Origin: Candidatus Krumholzibacteriota bacterium
GTDB taxonomy: Bacteria; Krumholzibacteriota; Krumholzibacteriia; LZORAL124-64-63
NCBI GenBank assembly: GCA_039714075.1
Contig: JBDLKA010000015.1
Location: forward strand, 1 to 51,581
Direction: 5' to 3'
Length of the DNA stretch: 51,581 bases
The translations under genes were made by a program, and so were the position numbers. Position 1 is the stretch's first letter; each line of letters starts with the position of its first letter. Below the pieces are notes generated by a model that was given only the letters and a program-made list of their open reading frames with translations, was not told the DNA's origin and searched no databases. Shown here one piece after another: positions 1 through 9,869 of the stretch.

Positions 1-1
1 G

Positions 2-1024
2 AAGTTCGGACCCCGCGGAGTGATCCACAGCTTCGCCGACGGCAAGATCGAGGATACCGGACCGCTGACCAAGAAGCGCATGGAGACCATCGACGACGAT
101 GTGGCCGCCCGTTCAGCGGACTTCATCGAAAGGCAGCACGAGGCCGGCAAGCCGTTCTTCGCCTGGGTGAACTTCACCCACATGCATTTCCGGACCTACG
201 TGCCGGAAGAGGACGAGGGCAGGGCCGGCAAGTGGCAGAGCGTCTACCACGACGCCATGCTCAATCATGACGACAACGTGGGCACGGTGCTGGCCAAGCT
301 CGAGGAACTGGGCATCGCCGACAACACAATCGTTTTCTACAGCACCGACAACGGTCCCCACATGAACACCTGGCCCGACGGCGGCATGACCCCGTTCCGC
401 GCCGAGAAGAACACCAACTGGGAAGGCGCCTACCGGGTGCCTGCCATGGTGCGCTGGCCCGGACACATCGAAGCGGGTTCGGTCTCCAACGAGATCATGT
501 CCCACATGGACTGGCTGCCCACCTTCGTGGCCGCCGCCGGGGACTCGGACATCAAGGAAAAGCTCAAAAAGGGCCACACCGCCGACGGCCACGATTACAA
601 GGTGCATCTGGACGGCTACAACTTCCTGCCGTTCTTGACCGGCAAGGAAGAGGTCGGTCCGCGGAAGGAGTTCTTCTACTTCTCCGACGACGGCGACCTG
701 ACCGGGCTGCGGTACGACAACTGGAAGGTCGTTTTCGCCCAGCAACGGGCTCAAGGCACCATGTTGACCTGGAGCGAGCCCTTCGTGAACACCCGGTTGC
801 CCTGGCTTTTCAACCTGCGCACCGATCCTTACGAGCGGGCCACCCTCACGTCCAACACCTACTGGGACTGGTTTCTTGACCACGCTTTCCTGCTGATACC
901 CGCGCAGAGTTACGTGGGGGAGTTCCTGAGTACCTTCGAGGAGTTCCCGCCCCGGCAAAAGGCCGCCAGCTTCACCATCGACCAGGTCATGGAGCAACTG
1001 GCGGAGCCTCACCACGGGGGTTGA
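2..1024 (+). CDS. Arylsulfatase/sulfatase family protein, C-terminal part (5'-truncated by the window edge)
   Basis: Frame is open from base 2 (KFGPRGVIH...). Sulfatase motifs 'FYSTDNG', 'KNTNWEGAYRVP', 'SHMDWLPT', 'LFNLRTDPYE'. Confidence 0.92.
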   Translation, partial: KFGPRGVIHSFADGKIEDTGPLTKKRMETIDDDVAARSADFIERQHEAGKPFFAWVNFTHMHFRTYVPEEDEGRAGKWQSVYHDAMLNHDDNVGTVLAKLEELGIADNTIVFYSTDNGPHMNTWPDGGMTPFRAEKNTNWEGAYRVPAMVRWPGHIEAGSVSNEIMSHMDWLPTFVAAAGDSDIKEKLKKGHTADGHDYKVHLDGYNFLPFLTGKEEVGPRKEFFYFSDDGDLTGLRYDNWKVVFAQQRAQGTMLTWSEPFVNTRLPWLFNLRTDPYERATLTSNTYWDWFLDHAFLLIPAQSYVGEFLSTFEEFPPRQKAASFTIDQVMEQLAEPHHGG

Positions 1025-1045
1025 TCTCCCGGAAAGTCATTCTCC

Positions 1046-1082
1046 ACCGGCTTCCTCCACCTTGGAGGGGGCCGGTTTTTTT
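1046..1082 (+). terminator. Rho-independent terminator after the sulfatase
   Basis: ACCGGCTTCCTCCA-cct-TGGAGGGGGCCGGT stem (with G-U pairs) followed by a T run. Confidence 0.85.
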
Positions 1083-1215
1083 CGCCCCGGGGCGGGACCT
1101 TGATGTCATCCTTGTTCCCGGTTGCCGCCCGCTGCACTGGTTGATAGAATTCACCGCGTCATTGGACGATTCCGATTCCGAACGACTCCCCGACAAAATC
1201 CGGAAGGTTCGTTTC

Positions 1216-2409
1216 ATGCATTTCATCCGCCCGGCAAGACTGACGGCCGCCCTGGTGGTTCTCATGGTTTTCGCCACCGTAGCCTCCGCCGCGGACGAGA
1301 TCCCCACAGGCAATCCCGGTCCCTCCCATTTCCTGCGCGGCGCCGTCCAGGCGGGTTCGGTCCTGCAGACCAACGACTTCCTCAAGGGGAACAACCAGTC
1401 CGGTGAACCCATCGACAGTTTCCAGTCGCTCCGCCTGGAATTCGGCTGGCAGACCGACGGCTCCATGGACTGGCACCACTCCTACAACTTCCCCTCCTAC
1501 GGGATCGGGCTCTACGGGGCAAATCTCGACAACGACGAGGAACTCGGCACACCCACCTCGCTCTACGGTTTCTTCGTCTGGCCCCTGGTCCGCGGCGAAC
1601 GCTGGCGATTCAATTTCGACCTCGCCTTCGGGCTGACCAACGACTGGAAACCCTACGACCCGGTGACCAACCCGAAACAGATCGCCATGGGTCTGGGCCG
1701 CTCGGTCCATATCGAGGGCGGACCGAACGTCGAGTACCGCCTGGCCGACCGCTGGGCGCTGATCGGCGGGGTGACCTTCACCCACTTCTCCAACGGCGGG
1801 ACCCAGCGGCCGAACCACGGGATCAACCAGGTCGGGCCGCTTTTGTTCGTCAAATACGACACGGACATGCCGGTCACTCCTCCGGTCCGGCGGCAGATCG
1901 ATGACTTTCCGCGCGGCTGGGACCTGACGGTGACCGGCTCGACGGGCAAGCGGAACCTGGATCTGGAACTCCAACGCCCCGACCAGGAGCGGTTCCTGAA
2001 CAGGAGTTACTTCATCGGCAACCTGACCGTGGGCATGGGGCGCAGGTTTTCCTGCAAATCGCGCTACGTCTTCGGCCTGGATCTGGGATACGACGAATCG
2101 GTGGGGGATCTCATCATTCTCGACGGCATGGAAAACGGGATCAACGCCAGCGGCAGCACCGGCGACAACTTCGAGCTGGCTCTGTTCGGCGGATACGAAA
2201 TCGTCGCCCACCGGACCCACCTGGTCATCCATCTGGGCTACAAGGTCCTGCGCAAGGACCTGCCCAATCGCCTGCCCGACTTCTACCAGCGGCTGGGCGT
2301 GAAGCAGTTCTTCTACCAGGATTGGTTCGCGGGGCTGAACGTGCGGTTCCACGAGATAGGCAGCGCGGACAATCTGGAATGGAACATCGGGTACAAGATG
2401 GAGATGTAG
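1216..2409 (+). CDS. Acyloxyacyl hydrolase / PagL-like outer-membrane beta-barrel protein
   Basis: ATG at 1216 after GGAAGG; signal peptide ending ...VASA; alternating beta-strand pattern; PagL-like 'THFSNG' His-Ser motif and 'PNHGINQ'. Confidence 0.7.
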   Translation: MHFIRPARLTAALVVLMVFATVASAADEIPTGNPGPSHFLRGAVQAGSVLQTNDFLKGNNQSGEPIDSFQSLRLEFGWQTDGSMDWHHSYNFPSYGIGLYGANLDNDEELGTPTSLYGFFVWPLVRGERWRFNFDLAFGLTNDWKPYDPVTNPKQIAMGLGRSVHIEGGPNVEYRLADRWALIGGVTFTHFSNGGTQRPNHGINQVGPLLFVKYDTDMPVTPPVRRQIDDFPRGWDLTVTGSTGKRNLDLELQRPDQERFLNRSYFIGNLTVGMGRRFSCKSRYVFGLDLGYDESVGDLIILDGMENGINASGSTGDNFELALFGGYEIVAHRTHLVIHLGYKVLRKDLPNRLPDFYQRLGVKQFFYQDWFAGLNVRFHEIGSADNLEWNIGYKMEM

Positions 2410-2435
2410 CAATCCGGATTTCGGGGAGGAACAGG

Positions 2436-3137
2436 ATGAGCATCCATATCGGAGCCGACCAGGGGCAAATCGCCCCGACGATTCTTTTGCCCGGCGATCC
2501 GCTGCGGGCCAGATTCATCGCCGAGAACATGCTCGAGGATGTCGTCTGTTTCAACGAAGTGCGCGGGATGCTGGGTTACACCGGCCGTTTCGGGCAGAAA
2601 CCCGTCTCGGTCATGGGGTCCGGCATGGGAATGCCCACCCTTTCCATCTATATCAACGAACTGGTGACCGGGTACAACGTGAAAACGATGATCCGGGTCG
2701 GGACCTGCGGCGCCATGCAACCCCACCTCGAGATCGGTGATCTGATTCTGCCCATGACCTCGTCAACCAACGCCCACTTCAACAAGCTTCGGTTCAGCGG
2801 CATGGATTACGCGCCCGCGGCCGACTTCGACCTGTTGCTCAAAGCCCATGAGGCCGCCATTCAGCGCGGAGTCAGGGTTCATGTCGGGGGAATCTTCTCT
2901 TCGGACACCTTCTACGACGACGACCCTGACTGGTGGCGACAGTGGGCCGACTTCGGAGCCCTGGCCTGCGAGATGGAAACAACCGCCCTTTACACCCTGG
3001 CGGCCAAGTTCAAGGTCGCCGCTCTTTCGGTTTTGACGGTCAGCGACAGCCTGGTGACGGGAGAGGAAGCCTCCGCGCAGAAGCGTGAGAGAGGTTTCCC
3101 GCTGATGGCTGAAATCGCCCTGGCGATATCCCCCTAA
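2436..3137 (+). CDS. deoD: Purine nucleoside phosphorylase, DeoD type
   Basis: GGAGGA RBS, then MSIHIGA...LLPGDPLRA, GSGMGMP, IRVGTCGA, CEME, LTVSD; 233 aa. Confidence 0.95.
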   Translation: MSIHIGADQGQIAPTILLPGDPLRARFIAENMLEDVVCFNEVRGMLGYTGRFGQKPVSVMGSGMGMPTLSIYINELVTGYNVKTMIRVGTCGAMQPHLEIGDLILPMTSSTNAHFNKLRFSGMDYAPAADFDLLLKAHEAAIQRGVRVHVGGIFSSDTFYDDDPDWWRQWADFGALACEMETTALYTLAAKFKVAALSVLTVSDSLVTGEEASAQKRERGFPLMAEIALAISP

Positions 3138-3299
3138 ATCGCTCCTTAATGTCCTCATTTACACGGGACAACTTTATTGCCGAGTGCTAGGATTCCCCCG
3201 TTGGAAGTGAATCCATGGCGTCCTCTTTTGGAGCGGGCCGTCCAAGGTCCGGATCCGGTGGAGAGGACTTGGTCGCACGCTGACACAGGAGGATGACAA

Positions 3300-5537
3300 A
3301 TGATTAATCCCAGAAGATGGCTGATCTTGGCTGGCCTCTTGTTCCTGACCCTGTTGTTGACGGGGATCTCATTCGCCCAGGACGAACCAGTCGAAGAATC
3401 CGAAAAAGTCCTGGAAGAAGTGCTTGTCACCGCCCAGAAAAAGGAGCAGGGGCTGCGGGAAGTTCCCTCATCGGTGGCGACGCTCAGCGATGAAAAGTTG
3501 GATGCGATCACGGCCGGCGGACAGGATATCCGCCTGCTTTCCTCCCGGGTGCCCAGCCTCCACGTCGAATCGTCCTATGGGCGGACCCTACCCCGCTTCT
3601 ACATTCGCGGACTGGGCAACACGGACTTCGACCTCAACGCGTCCCAGCCGGTTTCGCTCGTCTACGACGAGGTCGTTCTCGAGAATCCCATCCTGAAAGG
3701 TTTCCCGATCTTCGATCTCGACCGGGTCGAGGTCCTGCGCGGTCCCCAGGGGACCCTGTTCGGCCGCAACACCCCGGCGGGTATCGTGAAATTCGAATCC
3801 CGGAAACCCACCTTCGATTTCGATGGGTTCGGGCGATTTTCCTACGGAACCTACAACACCATGCAGTTCGAAGGAGCGGTCGGCGGTCCGGTGACTGAAG
3901 ATCTTTTGGCCGTCCGCGCCTCCTTCCTCTATCAGGGCCGCAGTGACTGGGTGACCAACACAGCTCCCACCCCTCGCCAAAACGAAGACGAATACGGCAG
4001 CTACACCGATTTCGCCGGCCGTCTTCAATTCCTGCTCACCCCCGGTGACAATTTCAACGCTCTGCTGAACGTTCACATGCGGGATCTCGATGGTACCGCA
4101 CGATTGTTCCGGGCCGACATCGTCGAATCCGGCAGCAACCAGATAAAAGACGATTTCAAGCGCGACGAGATGGCCGTCGACGCCCAAAACGAACAGAAAG
4201 TCGAGGAAGCAGGCGGAGTTCTCAAGATGGATTATGGATTCGGAGACCTGGTACTGACCTCCGTAACCGGCTTTGAGAGCGGAAAGATCTACAGCCGCGG
4301 TGACGTGGACGGTGGAATAGTCTACGATTTTCCCAATGACCGCTACCCAGCCGAGACCGCGGACGAAATTCCCAAACTGAACCAGTTGACCCAGGAACTC
4401 CGCGTGGCCAGCAACTATTCAGGCCCCATGAACTTCCAGGCCGGTTTCTTCTTCTTCGACGAGGATCTCGAGATCGGGTCATACAGCTTTGAAACCCTGA
4501 CCGAGGGGCAACCCGAGAACGGGTTTGCCTCCCAGAAACAGGATACGAAGGCCATGGCTGTTTTCGGAACCCTGGAATACGACGTGACGGACAACTTCAA
4601 GGCCTCTGGAGGCCTTCGTTTTTCCGGGGATGAAAAGGAGTTCACTGCCGAGCGGACCACTTCCCCAATCGGCGGCGGAGCCCTGGCTTCGACCACCCAG
4701 ATAAGGAAGGCCGATTTCCTGAGTTGGGACCTGAACGGTATGTTCACCGTCACCCCCGACATGAATCTCTACGTGAGGGGTGCTCGCAGTTTCCGAGCCC
4801 CCAGCTTTCAGGGTCGGGTACTGTTCGGGGATGTCATCTCCGTGGCCGAACCAGAGAAGATCCTGTCCTTTGAGGGTGGCTTGAAGGCCAACTTCAGCAA
4901 ACGGTCGCGAGGTAACTTCAGCATCTTCCACTACCTGATGAGTAATCAGCAACTGACTGCGGTCGGTGGCGCAGGGAACTTCAACACCCTGCTGAACGCC
5001 GACCAGTCCACCGGCTATGGCATCGAAGCTGAAGTCGAATTTCTGCCTTTGGATCAAATCTTCCTGACTCTCGGCGGAAGCTACAACAAAACCGTGATCA
5101 ATGATCCCGAACTGGGTACCGTTCCCGGCGGCGCGGCTGGCCTGACGGTCCTGGACCCGGAAATGCCCGGCAACCCCGGCGTCGTGTCCATCGATGGGAA
5201 CAGCCTGCCCAACTCGCCGAAATGGGTGCTCAACGCCACTCTGCGGGCCGCCATGCCCGCCGGCTCGAAAGGCGAGGTGTTCCTGTTCACGGACTGGGCC
5301 TACCGTAGCGAGGTGAACTTCTTCCTGTACGAGTCCGTCGAATTCATGGAAGACGGTCTGGTGGAAGGCGGCCTCCGGGTCGGCTACACCACCTACGACC
5401 GGGTGTGGGAAGTGGCGGCCTTCGGGCGCAACATCACCGACAACCTTTCGCGCACAGGCGGCATCGATTTCAATAACCTGACCGGCTGGGTAAACGAACC
5501 GCGCACCTTCGGGGTCGAACTGCGCCGCAGCTTCTGA
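3300..5537 (+). CDS. TonB-dependent receptor
   Basis: AGGAGG RBS; signal peptide; 'EEVLVTAQK' TonB-box region; plug motif 'RVEVLRGPQGTLFGRNTPAG'; C-terminal 'PRTFGVELRRSF'. Confidence 0.95.
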   Translation: MINPRRWLILAGLLFLTLLLTGISFAQDEPVEESEKVLEEVLVTAQKKEQGLREVPSSVATLSDEKLDAITAGGQDIRLLSSRVPSLHVESSYGRTLPRFYIRGLGNTDFDLNASQPVSLVYDEVVLENPILKGFPIFDLDRVEVLRGPQGTLFGRNTPAGIVKFESRKPTFDFDGFGRFSYGTYNTMQFEGAVGGPVTEDLLAVRASFLYQGRSDWVTNTAPTPRQNEDEYGSYTDFAGRLQFLLTPGDNFNALLNVHMRDLDGTARLFRADIVESGSNQIKDDFKRDEMAVDAQNEQKVEEAGGVLKMDYGFGDLVLTSVTGFESGKIYSRGDVDGGIVYDFPNDRYPAETADEIPKLNQLTQELRVASNYSGPMNFQAGFFFFDEDLEIGSYSFETLTEGQPENGFASQKQDTKAMAVFGTLEYDVTDNFKASGGLRFSGDEKEFTAERTTSPIGGGALASTTQIRKADFLSWDLNGMFTVTPDMNLYVRGARSFRAPSFQGRVLFGDVISVAEPEKILSFEGGLKANFSKRSRGNFSIFHYLMSNQQLTAVGGAGNFNTLLNADQSTGYGIEAEVEFLPLDQIFLTLGGSYNKTVINDPELGTVPGGAAGLTVLDPEMPGNPGVVSIDGNSLPNSPKWVLNATLRAAMPAGSKGEVFLFTDWAYRSEVNFFLYESVEFMEDGLVEGGLRVGYTTYDRVWEVAAFGRNITDNLSRTGGIDFNNLTGWVNEPRTFGVELRRSF

Positions 5538-5548
5538 TCCGACCCAAA

Positions 5549-5588
5549 CCGGGGCCTGCGGACATCCTGAATGATCCGCAGGCCCCGG
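5549..5588. terminator. Strong hairpin between convergent genes (probable terminator)
   Basis: Perfect 14-bp inverted repeat CCGGGGCCTGCGGA / TCCGCAGGCCCCGG; no clear T tract. Confidence 0.65.
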
Positions 5589-5613
5589 GCCGAAACATCA
5601 TCAATCGAAGCGC

Positions 5614-6927
5614 CTACTCGGGCTGCAATCCCAGCTCGACCAGGCGCCTTTTTTCGCTCTCGACGTAGACCAGCCACCGTGTGGCCGTATCCCTCCCCTT
5701 GGGCAACCTCTGGGCTGCGGAAAAAGCCGTTCGCGCCTCGTCGAACCGCCCCAGCTCAAACAGTGCCATACCCTGCAAAATCTGCAGTTCCTGGGGATTG
5801 TCCACTCCCTTGTCCAGCGCTTCCCGGGCAGCCTCCACCGACTTTTCCCAATCGCCGAGATTGGCGTAACTCTGGGCGATCCGCGCGTTCAGCTCACCGT
5901 CATCCGAAAGTTCCGCGGCCTTGGTGAGAGCCTCGATGGCAGCGGAATGCTCCTGGGCCAGGATCCAAGCCTGGGACAGCAGACGCCAGTTGGCGGCCGT
6001 CCCCTCTACCACACCAGCGGAAAGTGCCTGGTCCAACAGGCCCCCCGCCCGATAAGGCACTTCGGCCTGCAGCAACAGCTGACACAGAAGTACGATTTCC
6101 GGCCCGGTCTCCAGATAACCCTGGGCATAGGCCATCTCGTAGGCGGCCAATTGCCTGACGGTATCCCCCATCTCGCCGTAGGCGGACGAAAGATGGACCC
6201 AGTATTCCTTGGCCGGGAACCTGGTCACGAGAATCTCCAGGACCTCCAGGAGATTTTCGTATTCCCCCAGTTCGAAGTAGATGACCCGCAGCAGGGCATA
6301 CCAGTTCTCCTGAACCGGCTGACCGCGCTGTTCGGCCGCGGCGACAGCCTGCCGGATGGATTCCACGGCATCCCGGGGCCGGCCCAACTGGTAGTAGGCC
6401 TGGCCCAGCAGAACATAGGGTTGGGGACCGGGATTGGCCGCGACAGTCAGCCAGTTTTCGAGGTGACCGGCCGCCTTTTCATAGTGCTCCAGATGAAAAT
6501 GCAGCTGCCCGAGGGTGTAGAGCGTGCTGGTGCGCAGGGCTTCCGGAAGATTTTCCTGGAGCAGCACCCGCTCGTAGGCCCCGATGCTCTCGGCGTAATT
6601 CTCCTGAGCGAAATAGGTGTATCCGTACGCGGTATAGAGCTGGGCCTTCTCGTTGGGATCCAGGTCCTTCATTTTCTCCACGTCGTCGAGGTAATCGAAG
6701 GCCTTTTCCCAGTTCTCGGCTTCGGCCGCTTCCTGGGCGCGGCTGAGCTTCTCGTAAACCTTTTCCCGCATGGCCATGGCCTTGCGTGTCGAATCCTGGG
6801 CACTCGCTATACCTGCGTTGCCAATAACCAGCACGAGGACGGCGGTTCCCAGGGCAAGACGCAAAAGTCGCCGTAGCCCATTACGTGGGCCCAAGCGGGC
6901 ATTCCTTGCCTGGAATCGAATGCTCAA
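5614..6927 (-). CDS. Periplasmic TPR protein of the TonB operon (TtpD-like)
   Basis: TTG start directly after the tonB stop; signal peptide; tandem TPR helices; last gene of the operon. Confidence 0.8.
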   Translation of the reverse strand: MSIRFQARNARLGPRNGLRRLLRLALGTAVLVLVIGNAGIASAQDSTRKAMAMREKVYEKLSRAQEAAEAENWEKAFDYLDDVEKMKDLDPNEKAQLYTAYGYTYFAQENYAESIGAYERVLLQENLPEALRTSTLYTLGQLHFHLEHYEKAAGHLENWLTVAANPGPQPYVLLGQAYYQLGRPRDAVESIRQAVAAAEQRGQPVQENWYALLRVIYFELGEYENLLEVLEILVTRFPAKEYWVHLSSAYGEMGDTVRQLAAYEMAYAQGYLETGPEIVLLCQLLLQAEVPYRAGGLLDQALSAGVVEGTAANWRLLSQAWILAQEHSAAIEALTKAAELSDDGELNARIAQSYANLGDWEKSVEAAREALDKGVDNPQELQILQGMALFELGRFDEARTAFSAAQRLPKGRDTATRWLVYVESEKRRLVELGLQPE

Positions 6928-7539
6928 TCAGCGCTCCAGTTGGTAGACGAAACGGTTGCGCACCCCGCGGACCTCGATCGGTTCGCCGTTGACCACGCGG
7001 GGACGGTACTTGAACTTCAAGGCGGCCGCGATGGATACCTTGTCGAAGATGCCCGTCGGTTCGGCCTCGACAACCGCCACGTCCCGGGTCGTCCCCGCGG
7101 CGGTGACCGTGTACTCCACGATACAATATCCCTCAATGCCACGGGACTGGGCGACCGGAGGATAGACGGGCGCGATCTTGACGATGGGCAGGTAGTCGCC
7201 GTCACTGGCGACCAGGCCCAGACCCGAGACCGACATCTCCACTTCGACGTCCACCGGTGCCACCGGAACCTCGAGGGACACCTGGGACTCGTCCACCGCA
7301 TCTACTCTGGGCTGGATCGTCTCGGCAGGCGGGGCATCCGGGCTCAGCGGCTTTTCCGGCCGCCGGTCCCTGCGTTCGATGGCCTCCTCGCGTTGCACCC
7401 TGACGAAATCGACGAAATGGCGCGAGCCCGACTCGTCGAGCTTGCTCTTGGGCGTGGCGACCAGGGTCTGCATGGTGAACAGGACGCCGAGGGTCACCAG
7501 GATGCCCAGGACTACGGCTGCTGAATATCTGGCTACCAT
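6928..7539 (-). CDS. tonB: Energy transducer TonB (short, TonB2-like)
   Basis: N-terminal TM helix, short Pro-rich linker, C-terminal 'PVYPPVAQSRGIEGYCIVEYTV...KFKYRP'. Confidence 0.93.
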   Translation of the reverse strand: MVARYSAAVVLGILVTLGVLFTMQTLVATPKSKLDESGSRHFVDFVRVQREEAIERRDRRPEKPLSPDAPPAETIQPRVDAVDESQVSLEVPVAPVDVEVEMSVSGLGLVASDGDYLPIVKIAPVYPPVAQSRGIEGYCIVEYTVTAAGTTRDVAVVEAEPTGIFDKVSIAAALKFKYRPRVVNGEPIEVRGVRNRFVYQLER

Positions 7540-7549
7540 TCCGTCATCC

Positions 7550-7966
7550 TCACGGACCGGGTTGGCTGGCGGCGATGGCCACGTCGTACACTCCGGCCAG
7601 GCGCGCGGCGTCCATCACCTGGACCAGAACCCCGGAACGGGCGTCCTCGTCAGCCTGGATGACGACGGTTCCCTGGGGATTCTCCGCATGGAGCCGCTCG
7701 ATGTTCGCCCGCACGGCCCGCGGATCGACCCGCCGCCGCTCGATCCAGATGTCGCCGCCGGCGTCGATGGCGATCAGGATGTTGGCCTTCTCCTTCGCCA
7801 CGGCGGTCTGGGCCTCGGGCTTGTTGACGTCGATGCCCGCCTCCTTGACGAAGGAAGCCGTCACTATGAAAAAGATAAGCATGATGAACACCACGTCGAG
7901 CATGGGCGTGATGTTGATCTCCTGCTCTTCCTCTTCGGGCTGCAGCGCCATGTGTCTGTGTCGCAT
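7550..7966 (-). CDS. exbD: Biopolymer transport protein ExbD
   Basis: 'INITPMLDVVFIMLIFFIVT' and 'VVIQADEDA...VQVMDAAR' motifs. Confidence 0.95.
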   Translation of the reverse strand: MRHRHMALQPEEEEQEINITPMLDVVFIMLIFFIVTASFVKEAGIDVNKPEAQTAVAKEKANILIAIDAGGDIWIERRRVDPRAVRANIERLHAENPQGTVVIQADEDARSGVLVQVMDAARLAGVYDVAIAASQPGP

Positions 7967-7978
7967 GAGACACCCCAA

Positions 7979-8503
7979 TCAATCGTTGGTGAAAATATCG
8001 TCCAGGCCCCTGACGGCTCGGTTGGCCGCCCGTGACAGCAGGGCGGCGGCGAAAACCCCCGACAGGGCGCCCACCATCCCGGCCATGGTGGGAATTGTGG
8101 CCTTCGACACGCCCGCAGCCATGGAGCGGGTGCTGCCGGTGCCCGAGAGCGCCAGCACGTCGAACACCTCGATCATGCCGGTGACGGTGCCGACCAGGCC
8201 CAGCAGGGGGCACAGGGCGACCAGCGTCTTGATCATGGGTATGGAACCCTTCGCCGCCAGGGACAGCCGCGAGACAATGGCCGCGCGGATCTGCTGCGCG
8301 TGCCACGACTGTCTTTCGGCGCGCTTCTCCCAGGTCCGCCTTTCCACCGCGACCCGGCGCGGGTGCTCGGTCCGGAAGTAGAGAACCCGTTCGAGAATCA
8401 GGATCCACATCAGGAAAATGGTCAGCGCGATGGCGTTCAGGACCGGGCCGCCGAGCTCCATGAAGTCGCGGATGTCAACATAGGCGTCGAACAGCCACTG
8501 CAT
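7979..8503 (-). CDS. exbB: MotA/TolQ/ExbB proton channel, short ExbB2 type
   Basis: 'PLLGLVGTVTGMIEVF', 'MAAGVSKATIPT'. Confidence 0.92.
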   Translation of the reverse strand: MQWLFDAYVDIRDFMELGGPVLNAIALTIFLMWILILERVLYFRTEHPRRVAVERRTWEKRAERQSWHAQQIRAAIVSRLSLAAKGSIPMIKTLVALCPLLGLVGTVTGMIEVFDVLALSGTGSTRSMAAGVSKATIPTMAGMVGALSGVFAAALLSRAANRAVRGLDDIFTND

Positions 8504-8507
8504 GTCC

Positions 8508-9869
8508 TCAACTCCCCTTGCCCGAGCGGGTGGCGACGATGCCCGCGCTCTGCTCCTGCAGGATGTGCAGGATGCGCTTGCTGCGGCCGGACACCAGCGT
8601 GTGCAGCAGGACGACGGGAATGGCGACCGTCAGACCCAGCACGGTGGTGACCAGGGCCTGCGATATGCCTCCGGCCATGAGCTTGGGATCGCCGGTGCCG
8701 AACAGGGTGATGGCCTGGAACGTGACGATCATTCCCGTGACCGTGCCCAGCAGTCCCAGAAGCGGCGCCACCACGCTGATGATCTTGATGAACAGGAGCG
8801 AACGGTTCAGCTGCGGCATCTCCCGGAACACCGCCTCCCCCAGCTTGAGTTCGAGGGTCTCGACATCGCTGTCGCCATGCTCGTCGGCCACCTGCAGGAC
8901 CCGGCCGAGGGGATTGTCCGGCCGTGCCTCTTCGCTTTTCAACTGGGCGGTGACCTTGCGGCTGGCAAGGCCCAGGCTGACCAGGCGCTCCAGCGCGAGC
9001 AGGAGCCCGACGGCGCCCAGTCCGATGATGACGTAACCGATCAGCCCGCCCTGGCCGATCCGCTCGCGCAACGCGGGCCTGTCGAGGTAGGTGGCCAGGA
9101 TCTGTCCCCGGGTGGGATCGACGCCGAAAGTGACGCTGCCTTCGGCGGCGTCCACCAGGGCGGCGGTTGTCTTCGTGAAACGGCCCTGAGGCTGGCGCCC
9201 CAGTTCGGAGAGGTTGCCGGTTTCCGGCGTGTACTGCAGGTACCGGCCCCGGGAAACGAGGTTGAACCCGCCCACGCGCACGACATCCTCATCGATCTCG
9301 CGGCCGTCCCGGGCGATGACCTTGGCCGGGAACCTTACGACCTTGCCCGTTTCCGTCATCTCCTGCTGCAGAAGGAACCAGAGTTGCTCGATTTCCTCTA
9401 TCGTCGGCAGGGCGGAGTCCGAGGCGAGCTTGCCGTCCAGGTCGGCCAGGAAAACGTCCCGGTCCGGAAACTGGGCACTGGTCACGGAGTTCGCCAGGAT
9501 GCCCCGGGTGTCGCCGGTCACCTGCTGCAGCACGCCGAAGAGCTCCTTCAACGAGCCCAGGCGGCGGTCGAGCTGGTCGGTGACATCGACGATCTTCAGA
9601 TCATTGTCGTTGTAGGTATTTTCGAGTTCCTGGCTGCGCTGTTCGGCCGCACGCAGCTTTTTCCGGGCGTCGGCCAACAGCTGTTCCTGCTGATCCCGGG
9701 CGGCGCGGAATTCCGCCTCGCGCCGGCCGTGTTCGCCCTCGTCGCGCACCCGGCCCTCCTTGACCATCTGCAGCAGGGCGTCGAGATCGTCGGCCGTCCC
9801 GCTTTCCTGGGCCAGGGCGGGCAAGGCCGCCAGCAGGATAAGAAGGGGAAATAGGCAGCGGTTTCTCAT
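8508..9869 (-). CDS. TtpC-like long ExbB-family protein (signal peptide, periplasmic coiled coil, 3 TM)
   Basis: ATG at 9869 overlaps the upstream stop (ATGA); C-terminal 'APLLGLLGTVTGMIVTFQAITLFGTGDPKLMAGGISQAL'. Confidence 0.9.
   Translation of the reverse strand: MRNRCLFPLLILLAALPALAQESGTADDLDALLQMVKEGRVRDEGEHGRREAEFRAARDQQEQLLADARKKLRAAEQRSQELENTYNDNDLKIVDVTDQLDRRLGSLKELFGVLQQVTGDTRGILANSVTSAQFPDRDVFLADLDGKLASDSALPTIEEIEQLWFLLQQEMTETGKVVRFPAKVIARDGREIDEDVVRVGGFNLVSRGRYLQYTPETGNLSELGRQPQGRFTKTTAALVDAAEGSVTFGVDPTRGQILATYLDRPALRERIGQGGLIGYVIIGLGAVGLLLALERLVSLGLASRKVTAQLKSEEARPDNPLGRVLQVADEHGDSDVETLELKLGEAVFREMPQLNRSLLFIKIISVVAPLLGLLGTVTGMIVTFQAITLFGTGDPKLMAGGISQALVTTVLGLTVAIPVVLLHTLVSGRSKRILHILQEQSAGIVATRSGKGS

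Noticed and set aside
1021..1215. N-terminal extension of the PagL-like ORF
   Set aside because: Runs through the sulfatase terminator; RBS and signal peptide fit the ATG at 1216.
2322..2435. N-terminal extension of deoD
   Set aside because: Overlaps the upstream gene; the canonical MSIHI start with GGAGGA is at 2436.
3200..3290. Known purine, TPP or cobalamin riboswitch before the TBDR
   Set aside because: Conserved cores of those classes are not visible; kept only as an unclassified structure.
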